Shown here piece after piece: positions 26,841 to 38,142 of a stretch of DNA of 64,000 nucleotides. The translations under genes were made by a program, and so were the position numbers. Within the stretch, counting starts at the first letter, position 1. Each line of letters begins with the position of its first letter. The notes under the pieces were generated by a model that saw only the letters and a list, made by a program, of their open reading frames with translations, did not search any database and was not told the DNA's origin. Source of the stretch: an uncultured Chloroflexia bacterium (GTDB lineage: Bacteria; Chloroflexota; Limnocylindria; Limnocylindrales; CSP1-4); contig CAVVJT010000007.1 of the NCBI GenBank assembly GCA_963748625.1, positions 224,001 through 288,000 of the forward strand. The letters are read 5' to 3'.

Positions 26841-28220
26841 TCAGCTCGCGAGCTCTCCGAGGACCTGGACGATCGACCGGCGCAGCCGGGCGACCATCTC
26901 GTCGATCTCAGGCTCGGTGACCGTGTACGGCGGCGCCACCGCGATCCAGCTCGGTGCGTAACGGATGAGCATCTGCTGCCGATGGACGCAGTCCTTGCCC
27001 ACCCGCACCCCGAAACCGACCTCCGCCGGGAACGGCTCCATGGTGCTCGCGTCGCGCACGAACTCCACCCCGATCATCAGCCCCCGGCCGCGGATGTCGC
27101 CGATCACGCCCAGGTCGCGCAGGCTCTCGAGCCGCTGCACGAGGTAGCTCCCCCTCGCCGCGCACTGCGCCACGAGGTCCCGCTCCTGGATCTCCTGCAG
27201 CACGGCGATGGCCGCCGCGCACGCGACAGGATTGCCACCATACGTGTGGCCGTCGGCGAACGCCCGCCCGGGGTCCTCCGAGATGAACGCATCCGCCACC
27301 TCGTCGCGGAACGCGACGGCCGACATGGGGATGAACCCTGCCGACAGTCCCTTCCCGGCGCACAGGACGTCGGGGACGAAGCCAAAGGTCTCGCAGCCCC
27401 ACATGTTGCCCGTCCGGCCGAAGCCCGTGGCGACCTCGTCGAGGATGATCATGACGCCGTACCGATCGCAGATCTCGCGGATGATCGGCCAGTACTCCTG
27501 GGGCGGAACCACGTTGCCGGTGGAGAGCTGGATCGGCTCAGCCATGAACGCAGCAACGGTATCGGGACCCTCGTACTGGATGACGGACTCCAGGAACCTG
27601 GCGCAGGCGACACCGCAGTCCGGATAGGTGAGCCCGTACGGGCAGTGCAGGCAGTTCGGTGGCGCGACGTGGCGGAACCCGCCCACCAGGGGCTCGAAGG
27701 GCATCTTCCGGTTGGACATGCCCGTCGCGGCGAGCGCGCCCAGCGTGACCCCGTGGAAGTTGAGGTACCTGGAGATGACGGTCTTCTTGTGCGGGTGACC
27801 GGTCTGGTGGAAGTACTGGCGGACGAGCTTGATGGCCGTTTCCGTTGCCTCCGAGCCGCCGCTGAGGAGCTTGATCGTCGTCAGCCCCTCCGGCATCACC
27901 CTGCCGAGCATCTCGACGTACTCCACCGCCCGCGCGTTGGTGGACAGGATGGGCGAGCAGAACTCAAGCCGCTCGAGCTGGCGTGTGATCGCCTCCGCGA
28001 CCCGCCGGTTGCCGTGGCCCAGGGCGACCACCCAGACGCCGGAGATCCCGTCCAGGTAGCGCTCCCCGCGCACGTCCCAGACCCAGATGCCGTCGCCGCG
28101 CTCGAACACCAGCGGCTGCTGCATGAACTCGTGCATCTGGATGAAGTCCAGCACCATGTGCCGGAGACGCTCGCCCGACAGGTAGTCGTCGGGCGTCCAG
28201 TTGTCCTCGGGCGGGATCAT
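26841..28220 (-). CDS. Class III PLP-dependent aminotransferase
   Basis: YLDGISG, GSEATE, FHG, LDEVATGFGRTG, AGKGL and GHTY motifs. Confidence 0.93.
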   Translation of the reverse strand: MIPPEDNWTPDDYLSGERLRHMVLDFIQMHEFMQQPLVFERGDGIWVWDVRGERYLDGISGVWVVALGHGNRRVAEAITRQLERLEFCSPILSTNARAVEYVEMLGRVMPEGLTTIKLLSGGSEATETAIKLVRQYFHQTGHPHKKTVISRYLNFHGVTLGALAATGMSNRKMPFEPLVGGFRHVAPPNCLHCPYGLTYPDCGVACARFLESVIQYEGPDTVAAFMAEPIQLSTGNVVPPQEYWPIIREICDRYGVMIILDEVATGFGRTGNMWGCETFGFVPDVLCAGKGLSAGFIPMSAVAFRDEVADAFISEDPGRAFADGHTYGGNPVACAAAIAVLQEIQERDLVAQCAARGSYLVQRLESLRDLGVIGDIRGRGLMIGVEFVRDASTMEPFPAEVGFGVRVGKDCVHRQQMLIRYAPSWIAVAPPYTVTEPEIDEMVARLRRSIVQVLGELAS

Positions 28221-28324
28221 GGCTCCCTCCAAGAGTGCGGTGGCAGCGACCTGGCCTGCCCGCACCAGCGCCTGCGCCCCCGGCAGGACGTGCCCGCTCG
28301 ATCCTAACGCAGCGCGCGGCCGAT

Positions 28325-28341
28325 TGCTGGATTGTCCTACA
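28325..28341. promoter_or_regulatory. Motif B operator
   Basis: TGCTGGA-TTG-TCCTACA. Confidence 0.68.
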
Positions 28342-28389
28342 CACCGCCACGGCAACCAGCCCGCTGGCAGCCTCGTGTTGCCCGTCGCT

Positions 28390-28405
28390 CTGGCATCGAT
28401 TGCAG
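28390..28405. promoter_or_regulatory. LacI-type operator
   Basis: CTGGCATCGATTGCAG, just upstream of a plus-strand extended -10 TGCTAGGAT. Confidence 0.65.
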
Positions 28406-28465
28406 CGACGCTGCTAGGATGTCCCTGCCAAACCCCCGTCGTCTCGCGTCCCGCTGGAGGCCCCG

Positions 28466-29113
28466 ATGGAACGGATCCTGATGTACATCCGCATCTTCCC
28501 GGGCACGGAGGCGGAGTACGACAAGCGGCATGCGGAGATCTGGCCGGAGCTCGTCGCCGAGATCCAGGAGTCCGGTATCCGGAACTTCACCGGATTCCGG
28601 CGGGGCACCGACGTCTGGTACTACGGCGAGTGCCATCCCGACGTCGCCACCGCCTTCGGCGTCCACGGTCCGAAGCCGGCCAACACGCGCTGGAACCACT
28701 TCTTCCGCGACGTGATCGCTGAGATCGCCGACGGGGATGGCAACCTGCTCCGCTACGACCAGGTCTTCCATACGGACGGCCCGCCCCTCGACGGACCCAT
28801 GACCCGCGGCTGCTTCAGCCTGGTGATCGACCCCGAGCGTGCCGGTGACTACGACCGGCTCCACGCGGAGGCGTGGCCCGAGATGCTGGAGGCGATCGCC
28901 GACGCGGGGTTCCGCAACTATGGCGGGTTCCGGCGCGGCGCCCATGTCGTCTACTACGGCGAGTACTACCCGGACATGGCGACCGTGTTCGCCAGGATCG
29001 GGCAGACGGACGTCAACCGCCGCTGGGGCGAGGCGTTCGCCGGGATCATCACCACGATCACGGACAGCGCCGGTGCGCTGCTCACGGCGGACGAGGTCTA
29101 CCACAACGACTGA
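28466..29113 (+). CDS. Tandem double-domain L-rhamnose mutarotase (RhaM-like)
   Basis: YDKRHAEIWPE...GIRNF...NTRW and YDRLHAEAWPE...GFRNY...NRRW. Confidence 0.85.
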   Translation: MERILMYIRIFPGTEAEYDKRHAEIWPELVAEIQESGIRNFTGFRRGTDVWYYGECHPDVATAFGVHGPKPANTRWNHFFRDVIAEIADGDGNLLRYDQVFHTDGPPLDGPMTRGCFSLVIDPERAGDYDRLHAEAWPEMLEAIADAGFRNYGGFRRGAHVVYYGEYYPDMATVFARIGQTDVNRRWGEAFAGIITTITDSAGALLTADEVYHND

Positions 29114-29114
29114 C

Positions 29115-30537
29115 GTGCGCGACGACCGGCCGCGGCTCGCCGTCGTCCACCCGTACTGGACACTCTGGGAGCACACCGCCGGGCCCTCGTTCCGAGCGGA
29201 CCGGCTCGCCCTCGCGCGACGCGTGGCCGCCTCCCTCGACGATGCCTTCGAGATCGTCGGCGTGGGCGACTTCGCGTCGGCCGCCGAGGCCACCGCACTG
29301 GCCCCGGCCTTCGCCGCGGGCGGTGCCGACGTGGTCCTGGTCCTCCAGACGATGGCGGCGCCGCCCGCCTACGCGCTCGCCCTCCTCGACGCCCTGCCGG
29401 GCGTGCCCGTCGTGATCTGGGCCCTGCACGAGACGGGCCTCGTCGACGGGGGGTTCGACCACGGCGGGATCACCACGCAAGGGGCGACGGTCGGCGCGCC
29501 GATGCTGTCCAACATCCTCGGCCGCCGGGGGCGGCCGTTCGAGATGGTGCTCGGGCGCCTCGGCGAGGCCGCGACGGTGGGACGGGTCCGGGACGCGCTG
29601 CGCCTCGCGGCGGTGGCTCGCCGGATCTCGTGCGCCCGGCTGGGACGGGTCGGCGTGCCGGTCGACGGCTACCTGCACGTCGACGTCGACGACGAGGAGC
29701 TGCGAGCGGGCACCGGGATCGAGGTCGTTCGCATCGATCCCGCGGAGCTGGTGGAGCGGTACCTCGCCGTCGACGACGCGCGGGTCCGTGCGCTGGACGC
29801 CGAGGTCCGGGCTGGCTGGGTTCTCGAGGACGACGTCGATGCCGGGGAGAGCCTGGTCCGCTCGCTGCGGGCCGCCGTGATGCTCGAGGATCTCGTCGCG
29901 GACCACCGGCTCGACGCAGGTGCGTTCAACTGCCACGTGCCCCAGTTCCGGTTCGGCGAGCCCATCGGCATCGCGCCGTGCTGGGCCCTGGGCCGGTCCA
30001 CGTCGGCCGGCGTGCCCTGGACGTGCACCGGCGACATCCTCACCGCGGTCGCGATGCTCACGACCAAGCGCCTCGGCGGCGCCGCCGTGTACCACGAGAT
30101 CGAGGCCATCGACTACGCGACCGGGGAGGTGGTGATCGCCAACAGCGGCGAGCACGACCTCGCCTGGCTGGCGCCCGGGCGAGCGGCCGCGCATGCGGCG
30201 CAACGGGTGGTTCTGCGGCAAGGACCCGCACTGCGGCGTGTGCGCCGTGTTCGAGCCGCCGGCCGGTCCGGCGACCCTGGTCGGGTTCACGCCGCACCCT
30301 GATGCGCGCGGCGGTTTCCGGCTGGTGGCCGCCCGCGGCACGCTCACCGAGCGAGGCTTCCCCGAGACCGGGACCGTCAACGGGGCGTTCCGCTTCCTCG
30401 ACGGTCCGGTCGAGGAGGCGTGGGCCCGCTGGGCGAGCGCCGGCGTCAACCATCACAGCTCCGCCACGCCCGGGGACCTTGCCACGGACGTGACGGCCAT
30501 CGCACGGCACCTCGGGATCGAGGCGGTGGTCATCTGA
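29115..30537 (+). CDS. L-fucose/L-arabinose isomerase-like protein, +1 frameshift near 30178
   Basis: NCH, CTGD, YHE, GPATL and NHH motifs; removing one G in CCCGGGCGAG joins the 487-aa and 114-aa ORFs (APGERPRMRRNGWF). Confidence 0.75.
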
Positions 30538-30538
30538 C

Positions 30539-30570
30539 GGCACTGCTGGGGCGGCCCGCCCAGCAGTGCC
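30539..30570. terminator. Bidirectional hairpin between convergent genes
   Basis: 12-bp stem GGCACTGCTGGG / CCCAGCAGTGCC. Confidence 0.72.
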
Positions 30571-30582
30571 AGTGCGCTGAGG

Positions 30583-31029
30583 TCAGCCGCGGACGCGCCG
30601 CCACGAGAGGATCTGCGTCCCCACGCGCCCACGTACCGCGAACGGGTCTGCGCTCAGCGTCAGCTCGTTGCCGTCCTCGCTCAGTGTCACGTGCCGGCGT
30701 TGCGAGGTCCCGACCCAGTTCGGGTAGAGGCTCATCGTGACGTCGTGGACGACGTCGGTCCCCTCGATCCGGAACGTGCCCGAGTAGGCGATGAACGTGG
30801 CGTGGCCTCAAGGCGTTGCTCGACCAGGCCCGCCCTGCATGTCGGTGCTGTCGATCGGCGGACGAGCCGCCTGGCCGATCGTGGTGATCATCGTCCCGTC
30901 GGACGTGTAGACGACCACGCCTTCGGGGTGCTCGCCCATCGGCAGCTGCACGCCGTCCTCCCCGGGGGACGTCCACGTCACGAGCCGCCACGTGCCGGTG
31001 AGGTCGGACGCGGCCAGCGCCCGGCTCAC
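30583..31029 (-). CDS. Lipocalin-like domain protein, interrupted near 30803-30826
   Basis: LTGTWRLV, YTSDG.M, FIAYSGTF, SLYPNWVGTSQRR and LSWRRV motifs; in-frame TGA at 30808-30810 best explained by compensating +1/-1 indels. Confidence 0.78.
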
Positions 31030-32048
31030 GCCGGCACCGGGGCATCTTCGCGAAGCAGGCCCTCGTGCTTGAGCTCCGCCCAGAGGTCGGCCGGGATCGG
31101 GTGGGTGAACGTCGCGATGTTCCGCTCCAGCTGCGCCGGGCTTGACGCCCCCGGGATCACCGACGCGACGGCCGGATGACCGAGCGGGAACTGGAGCGCG
31201 GCAGCCGCGAGCGGAACGTCGTGGCGCCGGCACACGGCCTCGATCGCCCCCACCTTGGCCTGCACGTCGGCGGGCGCCGCCGCGTAGTTGTATTTGGCAC
31301 CGGGCCCGGGCCCCGTGGCGAGGATCCCGGACTGGAACGGCGACCCGATGATGAACGCGCAGCCGCGGGCGACGGCCGCCGGGAACTCGTCGTCAAGAAC
31401 CTCCTGATGCAGGAGGGTGTACGGCATGGCAACCAGGAAATAGTCGACATCGACAAGGTCCAGGAACCGCGGGATGTGGTCCCGAACGTTGATGCCGGCG
31501 CCAACGCCCCGGATCAGGCCGGACGCCTTCAGCTCCTCGATCGCGCGCCAGCCCGAGGCCGCCAGCTGGCCGAAGTACCAGTCGCGCTTCAGCCCCACCC
31601 CGTGGTACCAGTTGTCGAGATCGTGGATGGTCGCAAGGTCGTAGCGCCGGATCCCCAGCCGGTGCTGGCTCTGCTCGTAGGAGCGCATGATCCCGTCGTA
31701 CGAGTAGTCGAAGACGACATCCATCTCGAGGCCGCCGGCCCAGGGAGCGCGATCGAAGGTGCTGCCCCTGGGGGCGCGCAGGAAGCGCCCGATCTTCGTC
31801 GAAAGCACGAACTCGTCCCTCGGCCGGCCGCGCAGCCCGGACCCGGTCCGCAGCTCCGACAGTCCCCGGCCATACCAGGGTGCGGTGTCGAAGTAGCGGA
31901 TGCCGTGCTCCCACGCCGCGCAGACCGTCCCCACGGCCTCGGCCTCGCCGACGACGTGTGTCAGCTCGCCGATCGAGGCGCCCCCGAAGCCGAGCTGGGT
32001 AACCTGCACGCCGGTCCGACCGAGCGTTCTGAGACCTGCCGGGTCCAT
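31026..32048 (-). CDS. Aldo/keto reductase (L-fucose dehydrogenase/D-threo-aldose dehydrogenase-like)
   Basis: YFDTAPWYG, LSTKIG, FDYSYDG and IHD motifs. Confidence 0.9.
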   Translation of the reverse strand: MDPAGLRTLGRTGVQVTQLGFGGASIGELTHVVGEAEAVGTVCAAWEHGIRYFDTAPWYGRGLSELRTGSGLRGRPRDEFVLSTKIGRFLRAPRGSTFDRAPWAGGLEMDVVFDYSYDGIMRSYEQSQHRLGIRRYDLATIHDLDNWYHGVGLKRDWYFGQLAASGWRAIEELKASGLIRGVGAGINVRDHIPRFLDLVDVDYFLVAMPYTLLHQEVLDDEFPAAVARGCAFIIGSPFQSGILATGPGPGAKYNYAAAPADVQAKVGAIEAVCRRHDVPLAAAALQFPLGHPAVASVIPGASSPAQLERNIATFTHPIPADLWAELKHEGLLREDAPVPA

Positions 32049-32151
32049 GGACTCGTCTCCTGCCACTTGCCAATGGAGGGGATGACAGCAGCCGGCGGCC
32101 CGGCACGTGCCGAACCGCCGGCATGTCCGCGCTCGCGCGCGGGATCTTTGA

Positions 32152-33155
32152 CTACTTCGCGTAGTCCTTCGACGTTGTCGATGGTCACGAGCTTGACCGG
32201 CATGTAGACCTCGCGCTCCTTCTCGTTGTCGAACTTCGGCGTCTGCGCCGCCGAGGATCTGCTTGGCGAGGTCGACCGTGAGCGCGCCCATGCCGTACGG
32301 GTCCTGGGCGACGGTTGCGGAGAGTCCGCCGTTCTGGATGAGGGTGATGGCCTCAGGGTCTGCGTTGAACCCGACCGTCACGATGTCCTTCACCGGGTCC
32401 TTGCCAGCGTCCTTGATCGCGTTCGAAGCGCCACCCACCATCGGGTCGTTGCAGGAGAAGACGCCCGCGATGTCCGGGTCCTTGGCGAGGGCGTCCTTCA
32501 TGACGGTGTAGCCCTGCTCGGCGACCGAGTTGCCGGACAGATCGGTGACGATCGTGTAGCCGAGCTCGGTGATCCGCTTCTCGAAGAACTCGTTGCGGCG
32601 GGCCGCGTAGACGGCGTCCGGCGGGCAGCCGATCGACACCACCTTCTTGCTCGCGCCGTCGTGGGTCTTGATCTGGGCGTCCATGAACTCGGCCGCCAGC
32701 GCTCCGCCGCCGCCGTTGTCGGAGATCACGATCGCGTCGTAGGGAGTGCCGCCGCCGCCGATGTCGTCGACGATGACCGGGACGCCCTTCTCCTTGGCCT
32801 TCTGGACGATCGGGCCGAGAGCATCGGGCTTGAACGGGCTGATGATCAGGACATCGACCTCGTCAAGGAGTGCCGTAGCGCCCGTGACCATCTCGTTGAC
32901 GTCCGACTTCTCATCATGCAGCACGAACTTCCAGCCGAGCTTCTCGGCGGCCTCGCGGGTGCCCTTCTCCATCGCCTGGAAGAACTCGTACTGCATGTCC
33001 CAGACGGAGAAGCCGACGGTGATGTCTTCGACGGGGGCGGCCGAGGGGGCGGACGAGGGGGCGGACGAGGGGGCAGGCGATGCGCTGCCAGTGCACGCTG
33101 CAGCGATGAGCGCCACGCTCATCACCGCCAGCGAGAAGCGCCTGTTGAACGACAC
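32152..33155 (-). CDS. Sugar ABC transporter substrate-binding lipoprotein (RbsB-like), two +1 frameshifts near the 3' end
   Basis: Lipobox IAAAC, APSS linker, SCND and VAQDPY motifs; removing single Gs near 32246 and 32170 gives ...GGQTPKFDNEKEREVYMPVKLVTIDNVKDYAK*. Confidence 0.85.
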
Positions 33156-33247
33156 GATCTCCTCCAATAAGGCGAGCTCCGGACTGGCACGGGACGGCAG
33201 GTAGAGCCGGCGGCCGTGGGCCCGGGAGGCGGACGCATGCAGCAGCT

Positions 33248-34318
33248 CTATGCGACCCGGGTCACCTCCTCCTGCCTGCGGCGTCGGAACGCGCGCCAGC
33301 TGGATGGGCGTGCGTTGCCGGTGCGCAGGCCGTCGATGGCCAGCGCGGTGATGAGCACGACCCCGAGCACGATGCGCTGGTAGCTCGCCGGGACGTGCTG
33401 GCTCACGAGGAAGTCGTTGAGGCCTGACACGAGGAGGACGGCGGCGAACGTCCCGATGAGGGTGCCCCGACCTCCCTTGAGGCTCGTGCCGCCGAGCACG
33501 ACGGCCGCGATGACCTGGAGCTCGAAACCTTCCGCGATGCCGCCGTCGGCCGTCCACACGCGCGTGACGAACGTGAGCGCGGCCAGGCCGACGCACACGC
33601 CGACGAGCGCGAACAGGAACATGCGCAGGCGAGCCTCGGAGATGCCGCAGAAGCGGGCCGCCTCGGGCGACGATCCGAAGGCGATCGTCCGCCGGCCGAC
33701 CACCGTGCGCCGGAGGATGACCCAGGCTGCCCCGAACACCCCGAGCATGATGAGGAACGGCACGGGGATGCCGAGCACGTCGGCGCTTCCGATGGCCACG
33801 AAGAGCGAGTCGGCCTCGGAGTAGGGAAGGGTCTTCGGCCCGTCCTGCGTCAGCACGAACGTGATGCCCCGGTACAGGAAGAGCGTGCTGAGCGTCGCGA
33901 CGAACGGGTTGACGAAGAGACGCGTGATGATCAACCCGTTCACGAGCCCGCAGCCGAGGCCCGCGGCGATCGCCGCGATGATCGCGAGCGGCGTGCCGCC
34001 CGCCGCATACCCCATGAGCGAGATCGCGCTGACGAGGGCGAGCTGACCGCCGACCGAGAGATCGAATGTCCCGTTCATGATGACCATCGTCATGCCCGCA
34101 GCGACGATCCCGACGTAGGCGCTCTCCCGCATGAGCGACTGGATGTTCGAGATGCTGAGGAAGCCCGGATCGATCACGGCGGCCACGACGGCGAGCGCCA
34201 GCAGCACCAGGGCGATTCCCCACCGCTCCCAGAGCGTGCTCAAACGGCGTGAGCGCGACAGCGCGAGCCTTGCCTGCGTGGCCGGCGGCGGAGGCGTCAT
34301 CCCGTTGGTCTCGTTCAT
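33248..34318 (-). CDS. Sugar ABC transporter permease
   Basis: FDLSVG and [14 protein letters not shown] motifs. Confidence 0.93.
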   Translation of the reverse strand: MNETNGMTPPPPATQARLALSRSRRLSTLWERWGIALVLLALAVVAAVIDPGFLSISNIQSLMRESAYVGIVAAGMTMVIMNGTFDLSVGGQLALVSAISLMGYAAGGTPLAIIAAIAAGLGCGLVNGLIITRLFVNPFVATLSTLFLYRGITFVLTQDGPKTLPYSEADSLFVAIGSADVLGIPVPFLIMLGVFGAAWVILRRTVVGRRTIAFGSSPEAARFCGISEARLRMFLFALVGVCVGLAALTFVTRVWTADGGIAEGFELQVIAAVVLGGTSLKGGRGTLIGTFAAVLLVSGLNDFLVSQHVPASYQRIVLGVVLITALAIDGLRTGNARPSSWRAFRRRRQEEVTRVA

Positions 34319-35319
34319 GACGGCCCTCTTCGGGCGCGGTGGTCGCGAAGACCCGTGACCGCGAGTGCCGCGACAAGCACGATGCCGACGCTGATGCGCT
34401 GATAGGCCGTCGCGACGTTGAGCAGGTTGAGCCCGTTGCGGATCGTCTCGAGCATCAGCGCCCCAAGGATGGTCCCGGCCACTGTCCCCCGGCCGCCCTT
34501 CAGGCTGGTTCCACCGAGGATGACCACGGTGATCGCACTGAGCTCGAAGCCGATGCCGAGGAGACCCGAGCCCTTCTGCAGCTGCGCGCTGATGAACAGG
34601 CCCCAGAGAGCGGCCGCAGCGCCCACCAGGACATAGACGAGCACGCGGATGCGGTTCACCGGCAGGCCGGTGACACCGGCCGCGTCGCGGTTGCTCCCGA
34701 TGGCGCTCACCCAGCGCCCGAAGCGCACGCGGTTGAGGAGCCACCAGGCGAGGACTGCCGCGACGCCGGCGAGGATGATCGGCATCGGGATCCCGAACGG
34801 CCGCGCCCCAACCAGGAGCTTGAGCCCGGGGTCGGCGACGATGACATCGTGTCCGTTGGTGTACACGAGCGTGATGCCCCGGACGATCACGAGGGTGGCC
34901 ATCGTGGCGATGAACGGCGTCACCTTGAGGCGCGTGACGACCAGCCCGTTGAACAGGCCGACGCATGCGCCCGCGGCGAGGCCGGCGCCCATGGCGAGGA
35001 TCGTCGGGGTGCCACCGAGGATGAGCGTGCACGTGATGGCGCCCGCGAACGCGACCACCGAGCCGACCGACAGGTCGAACTCCCCCATCACGAGACACAT
35101 CATCATCGCGAGGCTGGGGATGGCGATGATGCTCGCCTGGACGAGGAGGTTCTCGAGGTTCGTCGGCGTGAGGAAGGCGCTCGACATCACGGACAGGACG
35201 ACAATCAGCACGGCGAGCGGCAGGAGGAGCGGGACGGCACCGAGGCCCTTGCGCACCCGGTCGACGACTGTCCGACCGGTCGCGGCCGGGGTTCCCGAGC
35301 CGGCGTTGAGGACGCTCAT
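34315..35319 (-). CDS. Sugar ABC transporter permease
   Basis: FDLSVGS and [13 protein letters not shown] motifs. Confidence 0.93.
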   Translation of the reverse strand: MSVLNAGSGTPAATGRTVVDRVRKGLGAVPLLLPLAVLIVVLSVMSSAFLTPTNLENLLVQASIIAIPSLAMMMCLVMGEFDLSVGSVVAFAGAITCTLILGGTPTILAMGAGLAAGACVGLFNGLVVTRLKVTPFIATMATLVIVRGITLVYTNGHDVIVADPGLKLLVGARPFGIPMPIILAGVAAVLAWWLLNRVRFGRWVSAIGSNRDAAGVTGLPVNRIRVLVYVLVGAAAALWGLFISAQLQKGSGLLGIGFELSAITVVILGGTSLKGGRGTVAGTILGALMLETIRNGLNLLNVATAYQRISVGIVLVAALAVTGLRDHRARRGPS

Positions 35320-36851
35320 CCCGACACTCCGATCCGCGCGCCGGTCGTCGCGCAGGCGATCACGTTCTCCGCCGTGAGGGTGTCGCGGGACAGCCGGCCC
35401 ACGACGCGCCCGGCCGAGAGGACGACGACCCGGTCGCTCATGCCCACGAGCTCGGGCAGATCGCTGCTCACCATGAGCAGGGCGGCTCCGTCGGCGGTCA
35501 GCCGGTTGAGCAGCTGGTGGATCTCCGCCCGCGCGCCGACGTCGACACCGCGCGTCGGCTCGTTGAGCAGGATGAGCCGGCCGCCCGGCGCGAGGGCGCG
35601 CCCGAGCATGACCTTCTGCTGGTTGCCGCCGGACAGCTCCGCGATCGACTGGTCGGGCCCGCGTGCCTTCACCCGCAGCGAGGTCATGTGGGTCTCGGCG
35701 AGCTCGCGCTCGGCCCGCATCGACAGCAGCCGCAGGAGCCCCCGCCTGACCTTGCCGAGGACCGAGATGCTCAGGTTCTGCTGGACGGAGAGGTCGGGCA
35801 TGATGCCGGCACGCTTCCGGTCCTCGTGGAGGAAGCCGACCCCAGCATCGAGGGCGTCGCCCGGGGTCCCCGGCGCGAACGGCATGCCGCCCAGCTCCAT
35901 CGACCCGGCTCGAACGGGCAGCGCCCCGAGGATGACCTGCGTGAGGTCGGACTGCCCTGCTCCGGCCACACCGCCGATCCCCACGATCTCGCCCTGCCGG
36001 ACCTCCAGGTCCACCTCGCGCAGCATCGAGCCCGCGGAGAGGCCGGTCAGCCGGAGCACCACGTCGCCGCTGGGAACCTGGTCGCGCTCCACGATGGACG
36101 ACACGTCACGGCCGACCATGAGGCGCACGAGCTCCGCCTCGGTCGCCTCGGCGATGCCGAGCGTCGCCACGTTGCGCCCGTCCCGCAGAACGGTCGCACG
36201 GTCGGCCACCTCGAAGACCTCCTCGAGGTGGTGGCTCACGTAGATGACGGCGCGGCCCTCGTCGCGGAGGCGACGGATGACGCTCATGAGCCGCGTGACC
36301 TCGGAGCTGTTGAGCGCGGCCGTCGGCTCGTCCATGACGATGACCCGGCCGTCCTGCGAGAGCGCCCGGGCGATCTCGACGAGCTGCTGGGCAGCTACGC
36401 CGATGTCCGCCACACGCGCGTCGGGGTCGATCTCCACGCCGAGCATCGCGAACAGCTCTCGGCAGCGCGCGCGGATCTCGCCGTACCGGATTCCGCGCGA
36501 GAGCCGGGAGATCGGCTCCCGGCCGATGTACACGTTCTCCGCCACGGTGAGATCGGGGAAGAGGGTGAACTCCTGGTAGATGACCGCAATGCCGGCCGCG
36601 ATCGCGTCGCTGGGGCTGACCGGGCTGAAGGCTCGGCCGCCAAGCCAGAGGCGCCCGCCGGTGGGCGTGTAGACGCCGCCGAGGATCTTGAGCAGCGTGG
36701 ATTTGCCGGCGCCGTTCTCACCGACGAGCGCATGGACCTCACCGGCACGCACGTCGAAGTGGACATCGTCGAGGGCACGGACGCCCGGAAAGTCCATGGT
36801 CACGTGCTCGACGTCGAGGAAGGCTGTGCTGGCGCCCTGGGCGCTCACCAT
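35316..36851 (-). CDS. Sugar ABC transporter ATP-binding protein (RbsA-like)
   Basis: [14 protein letters not shown] and LSGGNQQK motifs. Confidence 0.95.
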   Translation of the reverse strand: MVSAQGASTAFLDVEHVTMDFPGVRALDDVHFDVRAGEVHALVGENGAGKSTLLKILGGVYTPTGGRLWLGGRAFSPVSPSDAIAAGIAVIYQEFTLFPDLTVAENVYIGREPISRLSRGIRYGEIRARCRELFAMLGVEIDPDARVADIGVAAQQLVEIARALSQDGRVIVMDEPTAALNSSEVTRLMSVIRRLRDEGRAVIYVSHHLEEVFEVADRATVLRDGRNVATLGIAEATEAELVRLMVGRDVSSIVERDQVPSGDVVLRLTGLSAGSMLREVDLEVRQGEIVGIGGVAGAGQSDLTQVILGALPVRAGSMELGGMPFAPGTPGDALDAGVGFLHEDRKRAGIMPDLSVQQNLSISVLGKVRRGLLRLLSMRAERELAETHMTSLRVKARGPDQSIAELSGGNQQKVMLGRALAPGGRLILLNEPTRGVDVGARAEIHQLLNRLTADGAALLMVSSDLPELVGMSDRVVVLSAGRVVGRLSRDTLTAENVIACATTGARIGVSG

Positions 36852-36937
36852 CGGTCCACGGTGAAACCTGCCTGCGACCCACTGTGGCCGGTCATCCGGC
36901 TCCCGTTCGGAGTACGACTGCCAGCCTGGATGAGAAC

Positions 36938-36954
36938 TGTCGGACGATCCTACA
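36938..36954. promoter_or_regulatory. Motif B operator overlapping a minus-strand -10 (TAGGAT)
   Basis: TGTCGGA-CGA-TCCTACA, the most symmetric copy. Confidence 0.62.
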
Positions 36955-37079
36955 CCATGGTTGCGGCGCGGATTCGATCCGCCATCAGGTCGTCCGCGAC
37001 GCGCCGAGGCTCCCCATCCGATCGTCGACGGCGCCACCGCGCGGTGGCGCCGGTCCGTCCCGGGCTGCCGGCCCCGCGC

Positions 37080-38099
37080 TCAGGTCACGAGGACCGTTCG
37101 GAATCCCCGCCCCGCCTTCAGGTCCTCGAGCGCCTCGTTCGCCTGCTCGATCGGGCGGACCTGCTCGATGAGGTGATCTACCTCGAGGGTCCCCTCGAGA
37201 TAGAGGTCGATCGCATCCCGGATGTCGTCCGGGACGAAACCCCGGGACCCGAGCACGGCCAGCTCGCGCCAGAAGATGTCCACCGCACGAGCGCGGAAGT
37301 GGTCGAGGCTGCTCCCGATCAGCACCACGCGCCCTCCCGGCCCGCCCATCGCGATCGCCTGCTCGTCCACGGCCGCCGAGCCCACGCACTGGATCACCAC
37401 GTCCGGCCCATGGCCGCCCGTCAGGGCCTTGACCTCGGCGACGACGTCGTCGCCGGCCGCGATCGCCTCGTCGGCGCCCAGCCGGCGGGCAAGCTCGAGC
37501 TTCGCAGCCGACCGGGTGACCGCGATGACACGGGCGCCGAATGCCTTGCCGAGCTGGACCGCATTGGATCCAAGACCGCCGACGCCCAGGACGACGAGCG
37601 TCTCGCCGGCCTGGAGGTGCGCCACGCGCTTGAGGCCGTGGAGTGGTGTTGCCACGGCATCGGTGAGGACCGCGAGCACGGCCGGCGGCACGGGCGCCCG
37701 GGGCCTGATCAGGGCCTCGACCGGCCGCAGGACGTAGTCGGCGAATGCGCCATCCACGTCGACCCCCATGCGCTGGACATGCGGGCTGATGTTGGGCCGC
37801 CCACGCGCGGCCCACGGGTCACCGGGCGGCACGGTGATGTAGTACAGGGCGACCTGGTCGCCAGGGCTCACGGACGTGACGCCCTCGCCGACCGCGTCGA
37901 CGATCCCAGCTGCCTCGTGGCCGGGAACGATCGGCCACGGCACCTTGTCCCCGAAGCCGCCCTTCTGCAGGAACACGTCCGAGCCGCACACGCCGCACGC
38001 CTCCACGCGGATGCGCGCCTCACCGGCCCCCGGCTGAGGGATCGGCCGCTCCACGAGGCGGAGCGGAGCGCCCGGCTGGGCGAACTCGGCGGCACGCAT
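37080..38099 (-). CDS. Zn-dependent alcohol dehydrogenase (MDR family)
   Basis: CGVCGSD, GHE and GVGGLG motifs; structural-Zn cysteines absent. Confidence 0.9.
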   Translation of the reverse strand: MRAAEFAQPGAPLRLVERPIPQPGAGEARIRVEACGVCGSDVFLQKGGFGDKVPWPIVPGHEAAGIVDAVGEGVTSVSPGDQVALYYITVPPGDPWAARGRPNISPHVQRMGVDVDGAFADYVLRPVEALIRPRAPVPPAVLAVLTDAVATPLHGLKRVAHLQAGETLVVLGVGGLGSNAVQLGKAFGARVIAVTRSAAKLELARRLGADEAIAAGDDVVAEVKALTGGHGPDVVIQCVGSAAVDEQAIAMGGPGGRVVLIGSSLDHFRARAVDIFWRELAVLGSRGFVPDDIRDAIDLYLEGTLEVDHLIEQVRPIEQANEALEDLKAGRGFRTVLVT

Positions 38100-38142
38100 C
38101 AGCGAGCGCCCGCCGATGGCTGCGCTCGCCCGGCCGAGCCGC

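Noticed and set aside
25935-28307. Long alternative-frame and antisense ORFs (for example 790 aa here, 885 aa at 35517, 695 aa at 19395)
   Set aside because: Typical stop-poor shadow frames of high-GC genes, with no motifs or RBS.
30808-30810. In-frame TGA as selenocysteine or readthrough in the lipocalin-like gene
   Set aside because: The shifted frame reads VEQRLEA, which fits the family better. Two compensating indels explain it, and nearby genes also carry indels.
31026-34376. 1116-aa SBP-aldo/keto reductase fusion
   Set aside because: Artefact of a +1 frameshift. The SBP has its own RBS and a recoverable stop at 32152, the AKR has its own RBS and ATG at 32048, and the N-terminal part is an off-frame read of the permease.
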